64,000 bases of DNA from Camelus dromedarius (Eukaryota). Location of the stretch: positions 6,882,001 through 6,946,000 of the forward strand of contig NC_087447.1 in NCBI RefSeq assembly GCF_036321535.1, read 5' to 3'. Shown piece by piece: positions 1-12,982 of the stretch. The position numbers were made by a program, and so were the translations under genes. The notes beneath the pieces are model-generated. The model searched no databases, had not been told where the DNA came from, and saw only the letters and a list, made by a program, of their open reading frames with translations. How positions within the stretch are numbered: the stretch's first letter is position 1; each line of letters starts with the position of its first letter.

Positions 1-179
1 ATAGAAATAATAAAATGGGGGGTGTAGTATCTTGGGGTGGGAGGTGTGATGGGAGCAAGAAAAAGGGAACCTGCCATGTTGCTAATATTCTGTTTCTCAA
101 GTTGGGTATTTATTATTTTGAAGGAGAAATAATAAAATGGCCGTGCTTAGGCTAACTAATTCTTGGCCTTATACTTACT

Positions 180-714
180 GCTTGCTTTAGAGCAGTCAGC
201 AAATCTGCTCCCAGCCCCAGGACCATGGTTAGAGTTAGAGCTACTGATTTCTGTTTGTTCTATCTTATTCCAGTAATTGAAATTTGTAATTATGTTTGGA
301 TTTGGAGTCATTCCCCTAGGAAGGGAGGCACGGGATGATAATCCCAGGAGCATGACCAGACCCTCCAAGTTCCTCCTGGTGCCTGATGAGTCTGATCAGA
401 CAGAGACGGTCATGGGCTGATAACCCTCCAGACAACCTGACAGCCCCATGACACTGGACAGACACGCCAAGATTCTGGAAGAAGCTTTACTAGAAACTTT
501 GGTTAATTAATGTCCCCCTTTTCACCCCAATTTGTTCACTATATAATCACTGAGCCCCAACCCTAAGGTGGGTTCACAGTTTTGAAGGTACCAGCCTGCT
601 GTGAGTCCCCTTTGCCTGGCAAAGCAATAAAGCTGCCTCTTTTCTTCTAAGCTCCAAGACCTTGTCTCTGAGTTATTCGGCTCGTCAGGGATGGGGGCTG
701 ATCTTTCGGCAACA
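180..714 (+). mobile_element. ERV-type solo LTR (5' boundary uncertain)
   Basis: TATATAA at 540-546, AATAAA at 626-631, terminus ...GATCTTTCGGCAACA ending in CA at 714. The U3-R-U5 layout resembles ERV1 LTRs (recalled, not searched). Confidence 0.55.
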
Positions 715-1624
715 ACTTCACTCCATTGCTGATGTATATTTGACATACATTATTTTGTACATATCAAATATTTCATTATTTTACAAAGCAAACTCAACAT
801 ACTGCCTCTAAACCTGCCATCTCTGGGATTCCTGGTCCTTGAGAATAATTCTACCTTCCACATAGAAGCCTGGAGCCGCTTGGCTTCTCCCTTCCTCCCC
901 ACCTCCACCCCCATTCACGCTTAATCAAATACTGCCTCCTGGCTCCCCGTACCTTCAGCATCTCTGTTCACCCCGCCAAGCCCATAGTAGGTTGTCTTTA
1001 TCTCTCTCCAAGCAGCTGCGTAAGCTTCTGACCACACTTCCTGCTCCAGCTGATGCTCCCCTCCCTCCTCCAGGCCACCACTCTATGCAGATCTGCTCAG
1101 CTATCTCCTACTTAAACCCCAGTGTCTTCCCACTGACCTTAGTGTAAACCCCAAAGTCACTAAGTGGCAGTTCATAAGGCCCTGTATGATCTGGTTCCAC
1201 CTCCTCAGACTCATTTTTGGCCATTCTCAGCCTCTCTCCCCAAGCTCCAATCGCCCTGGGATTCTCTTTGTTTCCTAAAATACACCCAGACTTTCAGGCC
1301 AGAGGTCTACCCACTGATCCTTATTCCTTTCTCCCTTCCTACCCTCTAATCATTTTTCAGTTCCATCTTAAATGTCACTTCCTCATCCCATTTTTCACTA
1401 CTTTTTATTCCTTGTTACCACGTGTGGGCTTTGAAAACCTCCCTCTCTTACGATCTGCCTCCCTTTCTGTATCTCTGACTTCCAGCCAAATGCAGCAGAT
1501 TTCCAGGGAACTCCAAGGGCCCCTAGGAGATGGCAGGGCCACAAGCTAGAAGGAGCCTGGGTTCTCAAATAGCCGGGCAGAAGCCCATCCTCCCATCGTT
1601 CCTCACTCTATCCAAGACACCTGG

Positions 1625-2133
1625 TGTATTAGTTGACTGCTGTCATGTAAAAATTACTCCAGAAGGTTGTGGCTGAAATCAAAAAAGAATTTAGCTCACT
1701 GTTCTGTGGGTCAGGAATTCAGAAGCAACTTAGCTAAGAGGGTCTGACTCACCGTCTCTCATGAGATTTGTAGTAAAGATGTTGGCCGGGGCCACAGTCA
1801 TCTGAAGGCTTGGCTGGGGCTGGAGAATCCCCTTCCCAGGGGGCTTGCTCACATGGCTGTTGGCTGTTGGCTGTTGGCCTCAGTTCCTCAGCATGTGGAC
1901 CTGCCCATAGGGCTGCTTGAGTGTCTTCATGTCATGGCGGCTGGCTTCCTTGACTGACTGATTCAAGAGTAAGCAAGCAGGAATCCAGAGTCTCACACCA
2001 TCACTCTCATTTTATTTTATTCATTAAAAGCAAATCACTGAGTCTAGCTTACACTCAAGGGGAGGGGAATTGGAGTACACCTCTTGAAAAGAGAAGTATG
2101 GAGAATGTATAGACATATCCTAAAACTGCCACA
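1625..2133 (-). mobile_element. MaLR LTR (MLT1 family)
   Basis: Contains typical MLT1 phrases (ctcactgttctgtgggtcaggaattc; gggctgcttgagtgtcttcatgtcatggcggctggcttcc; ctcaaggggaggggaatt) and has TG...CA ends. Confidence 0.6.
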
Positions 2134-2658
2134 CCCAGGAGACTTCAACCCTGGCTGAATCCATCCATCCACCTGCTTGGTACCCACACCAGAGGAGAAA
2201 GCAAATCAGATAACCAGAGGGTTGTTTCACTTTGAACTCAGGGACATAAAGCCATATGGACACTCATACTTTCTGGCACTACTACTGCAGCTCTCTACCA
2301 AGTTCACATTCCTTTTTCTGAGATACAACTTCTCCCCACGCCTCACCTCCAACATTCTTTCTCTTTTCCTGCTCCTGTATCAACCTGAATCCACAGCTGC
2401 ACACAGCTGCTGCTCCGTGAACTGTCTCTCCTCCTTTCACACACTCCAGTTTCTCCTCATCTGCTCCACTTCCCCTACTGTCTTGATTTCCCAAAGTCAT
2501 TAATTTCCTATGTGTTTCCTTGTTTATTTGTCATCTTTTATTGACTCTCTAAGTTCCATGAGGGCAGGTTTGCTTATTTTTAATCTGTCTTGTTCACTAA
2601 TGCATTCTCTATACTTAGAAAAAATCTAGCCAGATGGTGGGGACTCAGTATACACTTG

Positions 2659-3452
2659 GTTTTTTTTTTTTTTTTGCTTTGTTTTGTTTTGTTTTTAATT
2701 GAAGTATAGTCAGTTACAATGTGTCAATTTCTGTGTACAGCATAATGTCCCAGTCATGCATATACATACATATATTTGTTTTCATATTCTTTTTCATTAA
2801 AGATTATTTTAAGATATTGACTATAGTTCCCTGTGCTATACAGAAGAAATTTTTTTAAATCTATTTTTATATATAGTGGCTAACATATGCAAATCTCAAA
2901 CTCCTAAATTTATCCCTTTCCACCTCCTTTCCCCTCAGTAACCATAAGATTGTTTACTATGTCTGCAAGTCTGTTTCTGTTTTGTGGATGAGTTCATTAG
3001 TGTCCTCTTTTATTCTTTTCTTGGATTCCACATATAAGTGATATCATATGGTATTTTTCTTTTTCTTTCTGGTTTACTTCACNNNNNNNNNNNNNNNNNN
3101 NNNNNNNNNNNNNNNNNNNNNNNNNNNNNNNNNNNNNNNNNNNNNNNNNNNNNNNNNNNNNNNNNNNNNNNNNNNNNNNNNNNNNNNNNNNNNNNNNNNN
3201 NNNNNNNNNNNNNNNNNNNNNNNNNNNNNNNNNNNNNNNNNNNNNNNNNNNNNNNNNNNNNNNNNNNNNNNNNNNNNNNNNNNNNNNNNNNNNNNNNNNN
3301 NNNNNNNNNNNNNNNNNTGAATTAGAGTTCCCTCCAGATATATGCCCAGGAGTAGGATTGCTGGATTATATCGTAAGTCTATTTTCAGTTTTTTAAAGTA
3401 TCTCTGCTCTGTTTTCCATAATGGCTGCATCAAACTACATTCTCACCAACAT
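2659..3452 (-). mobile_element. 5'-truncated LINE-1 (ORF2 C-terminus, 3'UTR and poly-A tail) nested in an L2 tail
   Basis: Poly-T run begins at 2659. Minus-frame QPLWKT...LKIDLRYNPAILLLGIY (3318-3430) matches the L1 ORF2 C-terminus. Imperfect TSD atacacttg/atatacttg. Interrupted by N gap 3083-3317. Confidence 0.85.
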
Positions 3453-4224
3453 ATACTTGTTGGATGAATAAACAACTGAATCCATAGGAAGAGGGAAACT
3501 CCATCTGTTCTCACAGGAAGGAGGCAGGAGCACAGAGGAAAGGTGGATGCCCTGGATTTCTTGCCCCACGCAAGAAGGCTTACGAGGGAGGAAAGTATCT
3601 TGTTACTCACAACTGAGTTCCCAGCCCCCAGCCCCATGCCTGAGACATAACAGATCCCATAAAAGTGTGTTGATTGGCAAGGTGACAGCTGACCGCCCAA
3701 GCCACATCTTCCTTTACCTGTACTAGACTTGGGTGATAGGTGTCATCCCTGGACCTGTCCCCTGTGTTCTATGTCCCTCTCACAGAAGCTTATGGTGGCC
3801 TGAGCTGAGTCCCGACATGACTTTCACACCTGGCTGCCTGCCCCCTACAGCAAGCACAGACTTGGGCTTCTGACCCTGCTCTGCGCTTTGAGAACACCCA
3901 GGCTGTTCAGCCTAGTGGTGACAGTTCCCTGGCTTTGCCCAAAGACTGTTGGGAATGACTCAGCATGCCCTGCCTCCAACTGCTCGGATTCGGCTTGGGA
4001 CTCACCACAGACACTGGGGGAGTTGGGTCCCGACAGTGGGACTTGGTGGCCCTTGAGAAGGGCTATGGTGTGTCAGGAACCAGAGTCCTGGCTTGGTCAT
4101 TCTCCAGGGTGGCTTGGGCTAAGTTCCTTAGCCTCTCTGAGCCTCAACTTTCTCCTCAATAAAACAAAAAGTTGTCATGGGGATTGAGAAAAAGGACATG
4201 TTACAAAGATCAGAGAGTGAGAGT

Positions 4225-4400
4225 GGGGCTGTGGGGCCATGCTGCCTGCTTTAAATCCTGACTTTCTCTTTCCCCATTAGCTGTGCAAACCTTGGGCAAG
4301 TCACTTACCTTTTCTGTGCCGAGTTTCCTCATCTATGAAACAGGCATGATAATAGTACCTGGCTCATAGGATTGCTCTGAGGATTAAGAACATGACTGGC
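4225..4400 (+). mobile_element. MIR (example copy; others near 6840-7050, 10920-11100, 12730-12870, 14720-14900, 17290-17420, 25180-25380, 29920-30300, 58760-58900)
   Basis: MIR core motif ccttgggcaagtcactt...gagtttcctcatctatgaaa...ataatagtacc. Confidence 0.6.
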
Positions 4401-7400
4401 ATACAATCCAAGCCCAATACACATGGGCTGTGTGATTGTGCTGACAAGTTACAGCACATATATAATAGTTATTTTTATTCTTCTGAGCCCTTCCCTGATG
4501 GAGGTCACAGACCCAGGAGCAATTACAACATAGAGTCAGTCACACAAGGCTGTTCCCATTGGGTCAATGCCATGAGCATCAGGAGGGAAGGTGACTCACT
4601 CAGGCTCATGACTGATGCTTGGAAGTACCTTTGGGAGTGTGCTAAGGATTTTCTGAGCAAACAGGAGAGGGAGAGCATCTGACAGATGGAGGAGCAAAAG
4701 GGGAAAAACTAAGCTGAAGAGACAAGCAGATTTGGGGAAATGGGGACAAGTTAATTCAGCTACAACACCAAGTGCATAATGGGGGAGGGGGAGGCGGGCT
4801 GGAAGCAGATCATGCAGGAGTCCAAACGCCCTGCTGGGAAGAGCAGTGAGTGGAAGTGGGTGTAGCTGATAGGCTCACTCAACATCTGTCCCTGCCTCCT
4901 CCCAGCTGCCTTCCTGGACTACGAGGCTCAGAGTAAAAACTGCATGTTCCAAGTACTCCTCCCACAGCTGCAATTATGTGCGACTCAAATCTGGAGCTGA
5001 GTGAAATGGGAGGAGAGTGAAGTGAGTGAAATGGTGGCCCTCAAGGCATCCCCCCTGCTGGTGTGGTTCTGGCGTGTATGGTGTGGCCCTGGAACCATAG
5101 CACCATGGAGGCTTCCACGTCCCTGGATCGTAGCTACCTCACTTGAACAGCCGTGTATGCCCTGCCTGTGACAGGCACCCTCTGCACCCAAGTATATCTA
5201 ACAGAGACCCTGCCCAGCAAATGATGTGTAACAACCCCAGCAGAGACGGTCCCCTCATCCTCCATGAAGCTCCGGGTCCCTGACTGTGCCACAATCAACC
5301 ACCCTAGGGCTGTCAGGCTCAAGACAGTTCACTTATCCATCCATCCATTTGTGTATTCACTCCTTCAAAACTCACTGAGCTCTTATTTTGTACCGGGCCC
5401 TGGACCTGGGGCTGGGAACAGGGAGCCAAACCAGACACGTTGCCCACTGTTTCAGTTATCTGTTGTTGTGAAACAAGCCGCCCTAAAACTTAGAGGTTTG
5501 CAACAATAACAATCATTTATTTCCTTACCATTTTGTAATTTGGTCAAGGCACGTGCCGCAGTTCTGGGGGAGTCATTCCATGAAAGCTGGAGGGGCTGGG
5601 AGTACTTGGGAGTGTTCTGTCAAGAAAATAGTTCCTCTTTTCTCTTTCATGGAGGGCGAATGTGAGAATCCAGAGGTGACTGTCAAGGGACAACCACTCC
5701 CCAGGTATCCTGGGATTGTCTCAGGTGGGGTATTGTTCCCCCGACTCACCGACCACACACACACACCCACACACATCCTCCAGGGGCATGCTGTCACCAC
5801 ACACATTGTACATTACCTGCAATTCTGCCGTCATATTTGTCACATCTGAATGCAGTTGTTTCTAGATGTCTCCCCTTCAAGGCTGAACTTCTGGGAAGCA
5901 TGGGCTATGAGTTCTCGTCTCTGTCTCCAGTGTGCCCAGCATGGGCTCAGTCTAGGGAAGAGCAGGATTTAATAAATGTGTGCTAAATGAGTGACGGAAG
6001 AAATCTCTGGGGTGTGTGCCTCTGGAGCTGACATCCAACTGAGTTGAGGAATGAGCACTGCTAGCCAAAGAGTGACAAGAACATCTTCATTTCAGTACCT
6101 GCCCGAAGCAGGTAGCAAAGCCAATGACCACGTTGCTGGGACAGGTAATGTGCGAGAGTGACCTAAGCCAGGGGGACTGGAGAGCACTGGCCCCATCCAA
6201 ACGGCTCTACTTGGGAAGGTGGGGCCAGTGGGGCCAGATGGTCAAGTTTCCTGGGGAAAGCAGAAAACCTTACTTCTTATGTAAAATCTTACAAATGTTA
6301 AGCAGTGGCAACTAATTTGTAAGAATTTGAAACACTGTGCAGATCAAATGAAACTGTGCCATGGGCCAGATGTGCCAAGGACAGGCTGATCCTGTCTCTG
6401 ATCTGAAGGCTGCTGTCCTCAAGGATGCTGGTGGTGCCCTCCTCCCAGAAGCTTCAGGCTTGCCCTGCCACATGGCCCCCAGCAGCCCAGAAATGCTTCC
6501 GCCTTTATTTTTAAATCTCTATTACTTTTTTTGCTGAAAGGAATCCCATTTCTGGGTGAAAAACTCAATCCCTACAGAAATTTATTACATAACTCATAAA
6601 CATACAGCTAATCCTGTCCCCACCCCTTTTCCCCACATGCCCACCAGTAATAGCTGGTGAATATTCCTCCAAATGTTTTCTTTGAAAAGTTTTGTTTTCA
6701 GTTCACAAAATTGGAATTTTATTGTATAACCATTTTACAATCTTTTTTTTTTTCCCCATAACAACAGCACAGACAACTTTCCCATAGTGGTTACGTAGAG
6801 CTTGACTTTTTAATGCCTGTGTTTGGGAGGTAAGTGGTCAAGGAGAGTGATTGTGGAATCTTATAGACCTGGGTTCAAATCTTGGGTCTGCCATCTAGAT
6901 TCTAAGTGACTTTGGCCAGGTGGTCCAACCTCTCTGAGCCTCAGTTTACTCTTGTGTAAAAGAATGGTATCTACCTTGCTGTAAGGATTAAATGAAAATA
7001 TGAATGTAGAGTCCAGCCAATACTAAGGATTTAATAAACTGTAGGTATTATTATAGCGTTCCACTGTATATATATAATTTAACCACTTACCTACAGATGG
7101 GTGTGTAGGTTGTTTCTTAATTTTCTCTACTACAAACCCTGCTTCAATGAATTCTATGTCAGGATGGGTTCCAAGAACCAAAGTTGCTGGGTCATGAGGT
7201 ATCTGAATTTTTTTGACTCGTTGAAACCTTCAGAATTATTTTATAAATGACTATACAAGTACTAGGTGAACACATTCTCTGTTTATTGTTATAAGCCATT
7301 CAGAAGTATGCAGGGTAAAACATAGCAGTCTCCCACATTCACAGCACCCTTCCCGCATTCTCTTCTCCCTAAAGATAGATGATCATTGTTAACAGTGCAC

Positions 7401-7591
7401 CCTTTTTAAATAGGTGTATATAATACATAATACATAATATGTATATAAATATACACACATAGCTTATTTTTCTTTACATAAATGAGATCATATTTGTAAC
7501 ATTTTTCTGGAAGTTACTTTTGTAACTTAATCAAATGTCTTAGAAATCTTTCTATATCAGGATATATAGATTTGCCTCATTCTTCTTCTTA

Positions 7592-7719
7592 TTATTTTGT
7601 TTTGGAGGAGGGAGGTAATTGGGTTTATTTATTTATCTTCAGAGTTGGCACTGGGAATTAAACCCTGGACCTCGTCCCTGCTAAGCACACACCCTGCCAC
7701 TTGAGCTATACCTTTCCCC
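7592..7719 (-). mobile_element. Camelid tRNA-Ala-derived SINE (vic-1 type)
   Basis: tRNA-Ala(AGC)-like head plus ATAAATAAA-CCCAATTACCTCCC tail; TSD cctcattctt at 7575-7584 and 7723-7732. Confidence 0.8.
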
Positions 7720-8341
7720 TGACCTCATTCTTACTACTTAAATATCTCAGACTACAAAAAGAGAAAAATATAGACACACATATGTACCCACCACCCAGCT
7801 CAGGAAAAGAAACATTATAAATACAGTTGAATGCCTCAGAGAGTATGACCTCCCCACTCCCACCCTAAATTTGGTGCACTTCTTTATACTTTGACTAGCA
7901 AGTGTATCTGTATCCATAAACAGCATATAGTAAATGGTATCATACACCATGCATTCTTCTGCAACTTGTTATTTTGATCAACACTGTATTTCAGAGATCT
8001 CTCCATTCGAATCTCTCTGTTCATTTCAGTACACTGAATGATTAAATCACAACTTATTTATGCATTCTCTTCTAAGGATTCCTGTTTGGAAGCTTTTTCT
8101 ACTTATGAAGAGGGCCACAGTGAATACTCTCTGTGCATGTTCTTCTGTACACATGGGGGAGTTTTTCTCACAAGGTGAAATTTTCAGGTTGAAGCGTAGA
8201 CACATTCAAAATTTACCAGATAATGCCAAATCACTCTCCTTTATGCTTTCTCCTAAGAGTTATTTTGCTTCACGTTCTTGATACATCAGAATGTTAAGAC
8301 TTTTTACTTTCTGCCAACACTATGAATAAAAAATTATATCT

Positions 8342-8432
8342 TAGTGGGGGGAGGGTATAGCTCAGTGGTATAGCACGTGCTTAGCATGCACGAGGTCCTA
8401 GGTTCAACCCCCAGTACCTCCATTAACAACAC
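8342..8432 (+). mobile_element. Camelid tRNA-Ala-derived SINE (short form)
   Basis: GGGGAGGGTATAGCTCAGTGG...GGTTCAACCCCCAGTACCTCCA; 10-bp TSD aattatatct at 8332-8341 and 8433-8442. Confidence 0.85.
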
Positions 8433-9014
8433 AATTATATCTCATTCTTGTTTGAACATTCATTTCCCTAATTATTGGTGAGGATGAGCATCTTTTCAAG
8501 TTTTGTAGCCATTAAAGTTCCTATTTACCTGCGTATAACCTTTTACTATTTTTCTTTTGTGTCGTCTTTTCTTATTGAAATCCTTTTTATGTTCTGGATA
8601 CTTAACCTTAGTCTTCTCCCAATCTGTCATACATTGTTTTGCTTTGTTTATGGAATCTTTTAAGTTTTTAAAAAATATACAATTTTATTGAGGCATATTT
8701 TACATATATCATTTCACTTCAAGTGTACGATTCAATGAGTTTTTAGTAAATTTACCCAGTTGTGCAACCATCATCATAAATCAGCTTTAGAACATTTCCA
8801 TCAGCCCAGTATGATTCCTCGTGTCCACTGTTAATCCTGTTTATGAAACCTTTTAGTGCACAGAAATTTTATATTTTAACATAAATTTATCTATATTTTC
8901 CTTTATGGTTTGTGTTTGCTGTGTGCCTTTTAAAAGAAATTACTCCTTGCCTCATATCCTTTATATTTTTTTCTTATTTTTAAAATGTTTTTTCTTATCT
9001 GAAAAGAAAAAAAT

Positions 9015-9088
9015 TGAATGGAGATTGAACCCAGGACCTCATGCAAGCTAAGCACACACTCTACCACTGAGCTATAGCCTCCCACCCT
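9015..9088 (-). mobile_element. Camelid tRNA-Ala-derived SINE (degenerate)
   Basis: Reverse complement of the same tRNA-Ala-like head (gattgaacccaggacctcatgc...ctaccactgagctatagcctccc). Confidence 0.75.
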
Positions 9089-9719
9089 CCTCTATATTTT
9101 CTTCTGAGAGTTTAAAATTTTTAATTTGTAACATTTAAGTGAAGCAGTTTTTCCTAGAATTGATTTTTATGTACAGTGTGAAGTAGGAATCTAGTTATTT
9201 TCAACATGGATAATCAACAGTCCCTGGAGGAGGGATGGAGTTAACCGCTGGGTCATCTTAAAAATATTTATTGGTCTATTCATGTTTTCTATTTAGTGTT
9301 GCGTCAGTTTTAACATGTATTTTGTTTTCTAGGAAATTCATTCCATCTAAGTTTTCAAATCTATTGCCATAAAATCACAACCACTACACCCTTAGTATCT
9401 CCCTTTTTCATTAATTATATTGTTTATTTTTGCCTTAACTTCATGTTTTTGATCAGTCTTGCTAGAAATTTGCCTGTTAGCTTATTTAAAGAACCAGCTT
9501 TGAACTTTGTTAATCTTCTCTATTTTACTGGCAACATAAAAGTATTAGGTGTTCTGATCCACAGACACACTATATCTCTCCATTTAGAATTTTAATTTCT
9601 CTTGGCAATGTTTTGTACTTTTCAGTTTACAGGTCTTGCATATTTCTAAATTAAATTTTGTCATTAAACATTTGGTATTTTTGATGCTATGTAAGTAGTA
9701 TATTAAATTTTTTTATGTC

Positions 9720-10430
9720 AGATTTTAAATTAAGTTAGGTGACTGTTGCATTTGCCTAGGCATGAGATGATGATGATGGTCTGAACTAGGACCAGGAGAT
9801 GAAGATGGACAAGAAAGAATGAATCCTAGAGACATTCAGGATGTAGACTAAATAGGACTTTATATCTTACCCAATGTACTGCAACAGCTTCCTAACTAAG
9901 CCCCCTGCTCCCATCCTTGCCCCCTGCCCCACTACATCCTATAACACAGGAGCTGGAGCCTCTACTCAGCACCCTCCAATGACTCCTCGTGTCACTGAGT
10001 AAAAGTCAAAGTCCCTGTAATGGCCAAAACCATCTTTCCTACTACTCACTCTTTTGCTATTTCTATTCCAGCCACACTGACCTCCTCCAACAAACCAAGA
10101 CCAGTTCACCCTTACCTAGCTCCAACTCTTTACCCAGACATCCACTTGTCTCATGCCCTCACCTCCTTCAGTTGTTTGGTCAAATGTCACTTTCTTGTTG
10201 ATACTGCAAACTGCTTCGAGCACCCCACCACACTCTTGGTCCCCTTTGTTCTGTTCTACTTTTCCCCTACAGCACTTAGTACCTTCTAACATACTAGATA
10301 ATGCACTTATGTTGTGTATACTGTTTATTGTCACCACAAAGGCAAAAAGACCTTTGCTTTGTTCACTGACATTCTAAATTACTAGAACAGGTGTCATGGG
10401 ATACATATTTGTAGACAATTGAATAAATGA
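9720..10430. mobile_element. L2 fragments (others near 880-1500, 2130-2650, 30380-30800, 39240-39800, 52700-53320, 56500-57480)
   Basis: L2 3'-end phrases such as gagtaaaagtcaaagtcc, ctttgcttt gttcactgac and tgaataaatga. Confidence 0.5.
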
Positions 10431-11496
10431 CTTAATTACCAGTTTGGATGTGGGGGCAGATGGAGAGGGAGAAGGTGAGTGTGATGCCCAGGTTTCTGGA
10501 CTAGGGTTGGAGCGGAGGACTAGGGACACTGAATTGTTTTAAAAAGCAGGAGAGATCCCAGCTGAAGACCTGACATGGGAGTCATCAACAACTGAGTGGG
10601 AGTATTGAAACCATAGGAGCAGAGAGCACCATTCAAGAAAAGCGTTCAGAAGGGAACAATGTGGACAACACATTTAAATAAAAGGAAGGGCAGGTGCATG
10701 GCTAGGGGAAAAAGCAGAGGCATGTGAGATCACAGAAGATCAGGGAGGAGACTTTTAAGAAGAAGTTGAGTCAGGCAAGAAGTGAAAGCTGGCCACTGGA
10801 TGTAGTCACTAGAAAGTCATAGACGGCCTTATAGGAGAGCCAACTTAGTGACAGATTACAAGCTAAACTGGTCCTGCCAGTTCAGGTCAACAGGTGGTGG
10901 TAAGGGTGGCTGAGGCTAACAGTACGGGAATTTAGAGTCAGACAGACCCAATGCCAATCCCAGGACTTGTTAAATCTCTGAACTTCAACCGTCCCACGCA
11001 TAAAATTAGTATAGTATCGCCTAGCTCATACATTTCAATGACTGATGATTAAATGAGATGACGGAGGAAAACGAAAGGCACAAAGTGGGTGCATTAACTC
11101 CATCCTGTCAATGAACGGGTTGGCTGCAAGCGAGACAGACTGAAGCAGCACAGCCCAAGCTCCGGCCCAAGACTGAATGATACAAAGACAGCAAAGCTGT
11201 AGGCTTGCGGTGGGGTGCGGAGAAGTGGCGTTGAACTCAATTCCTTTGCATAAAACACTCTTATCCCAAGATTAGCCAGAATTAAAGGTCTGTCTTCTCC
11301 TCAGTCCCAGGCACACCTCCCTTTCGCTGCGCAGCAAACGTTCCCCGGAGCTGACTCTAAGCATCCACCCACAGATTGAGCCTTCCCTACTCTCTGGCAC
11401 GTGGGTTAGATCCTAGGCAACGCTACTTTCCGCCCCTAGCAACCGCTCACCTGTTATTCTCTTCCTATAGGCCAGCAAATTTCCTTTCTTTTTCTT

Positions 11497-11508
11497 ATTG
11501 GTCCGCGT
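11497..11508 (+). promoter_or_regulatory. SYVN1: UPRE-II-type element (ATTGG-N-CCGCGT) in the SYVN1/HRD1 promoter
   Basis: ATTGGTCCGCGT is seen directly. It matches the XBP1-bound element I recall for the human HRD1 promoter. Confidence 0.75.
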
Positions 11509-11521
11509 AACTCTATTTCTA

Positions 11522-11540
11522 CCAATCAGTAGCAGCCACG
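11522..11540 (+). promoter_or_regulatory. SYVN1: ER stress response element (ERSE, CCAAT-N9-CCACG)
   Basis: CCAAT cagtagcag CCACG is an exact consensus match about 480 bp upstream of SYVN1 exon 1. HRD1 is an established UPR target. Confidence 0.9.
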
Positions 11541-12015
11541 GGGACCCAACTCACTCCCACACTATTTAGGGGTGATCAAGGAGACAAAATTTTCTTTTGT
11601 AAATCCAGTTCTCTTAGAAAGCATCTTATTTGTCGAACTGTTGTGAACCCCCTTGTAATGAATTTCTAACACATTTTATTTCTCTTATGTCTGTAAGTCC
11701 GTCCCTTGCATACTCCCCCCTCCAAATGGTACGGCCCGCACGAAGCCCCACCTACCAGCCACTTTGGGAGCGGGATGTCTCAGCTAGGTTGAGTCCACGC
11801 CGCGGCGAAGACGATACCATCTGTGACTAACAAGTAGGGGGACTGTAATCCTCTCGGGGTAGCTGTCGTCCGCTCAGACCTCTCGCATCTGTTGCTCTAG
11901 CCGTGGGCACGAACCCCAGATGGGTGGTGGAACTACCGCTCCCGGCACCACAGAGAGCGCGCTGTGCTGGCAAGGGAAGGGTGCACTTGGTAGGACCCAC
12001 AGCCCCGCCTCCGCC

Positions 12016-12130
12016 GGAAGTGAGGTGTCTCACCCCCGAAGTTCCGGTTCGCAGGGGGTGGGGAGTGTTGTTAACCGGAGCCGCCTCCGCAATCTCGGGG
12101 ATTGAGCGGGCTAGCGGCGCTGGGCTCCTG
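12016..12130 (+). other. SYVN1: SYVN1 non-coding exon 1 (start approximate)
   Basis: Lies in a CpG island with an ETS CCGGAAGT motif at 12014-12021 and ends at donor CTG|GTGAGT (12131). Confidence 0.8.
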
Positions 12131-12982
12131 GTGAGTGGGCCGGGGTCGGGCCCGGATTGCGGTTGGAGTCAGGACTTGGACCTTTTCCCTTGAGGTCTCC
12201 AGGGTCGGCGTGCCCCCTTAGCCCCGCTGCCCGCTTTTGGCCTGTCAGCTGGCGATAGACAGGCGCCCGCGCGGCCGCTCTTCTACAGGCTGGGCCCCGC
12301 CTGCGACGCTCGCAGCTCCTGGCGCTTTTAAGTGCGTAGCCTCGGGGGCGACCCGGGTCCCTCTCCGACCCGCTCCTGCATCCTGGGTGGTCGGCCGTTT
12401 GTCCGGTGTCCCTAGTTGACACTGCCCCGGGGGTTGACGGGTGCCAGGGTTCCAGGTTGACGTTCCCCGCCCTCTCCCGCGGGGCGCGCGTCGGAGCTGC
12501 CCACCCTGGGAGAGCTGTCACCGGCGCTGTCGCCTGCCCGGCTGCGCCCCCCAGCGCCTTAGCTTCTCCCAGTCCAGGCAGCACGTTCCCGCTTCTGGAG
12601 ATTTCTGCGTTTGCATCCCACTCCGTCACATCACTTTAGGGTCAGTGGGAGCAGTTCCCTCCTCCTCCCACACTGCTGCCTTTCCTCATTCTTCCCTAGA
12701 GGCGGCGGTTTGGCAGGCCGCGTGGAAAGAGCCCTAGATTTGAAACCAGACTGACCCAGGCTCCAAGCTTTGCGTCAGTGTGATCACTTAACCCCTTTGA
12801 GTCTCGGTCTTATTTGTAAAATGGGGAGCATATGCTATTCTTGATGCGGTGATGGTGAGGATGAAGTGAGGTTTGCTTTTCTTTCCGTTTATTAACACTG
12901 CGTTTCAGGCGCTGTGCTGTTTGCACAGTATGGGCATCACACAGTTCTTTGCTTTCCTCATGCAGGTCCCCAGGCCAGGGCA

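Noticed and set aside
5134-5322. Minus-strand peptide QSGTRSFMEDE resembling the PP2C RxxMED motif
   Set aside because: No DGHGG or DG motifs in frame, an in-frame stop follows, and there is no convincing acceptor. Most likely chance.
8346-8422. tRNA-Ala(AGC)-like sequences (also 7645-7719, 9019-9084, 58909-58983) as functional tRNA genes
   Set aside because: Acceptor-stem and T-arm mismatches, A-rich tails, and TSDs on three of the four copies identify them as SINE insertions.
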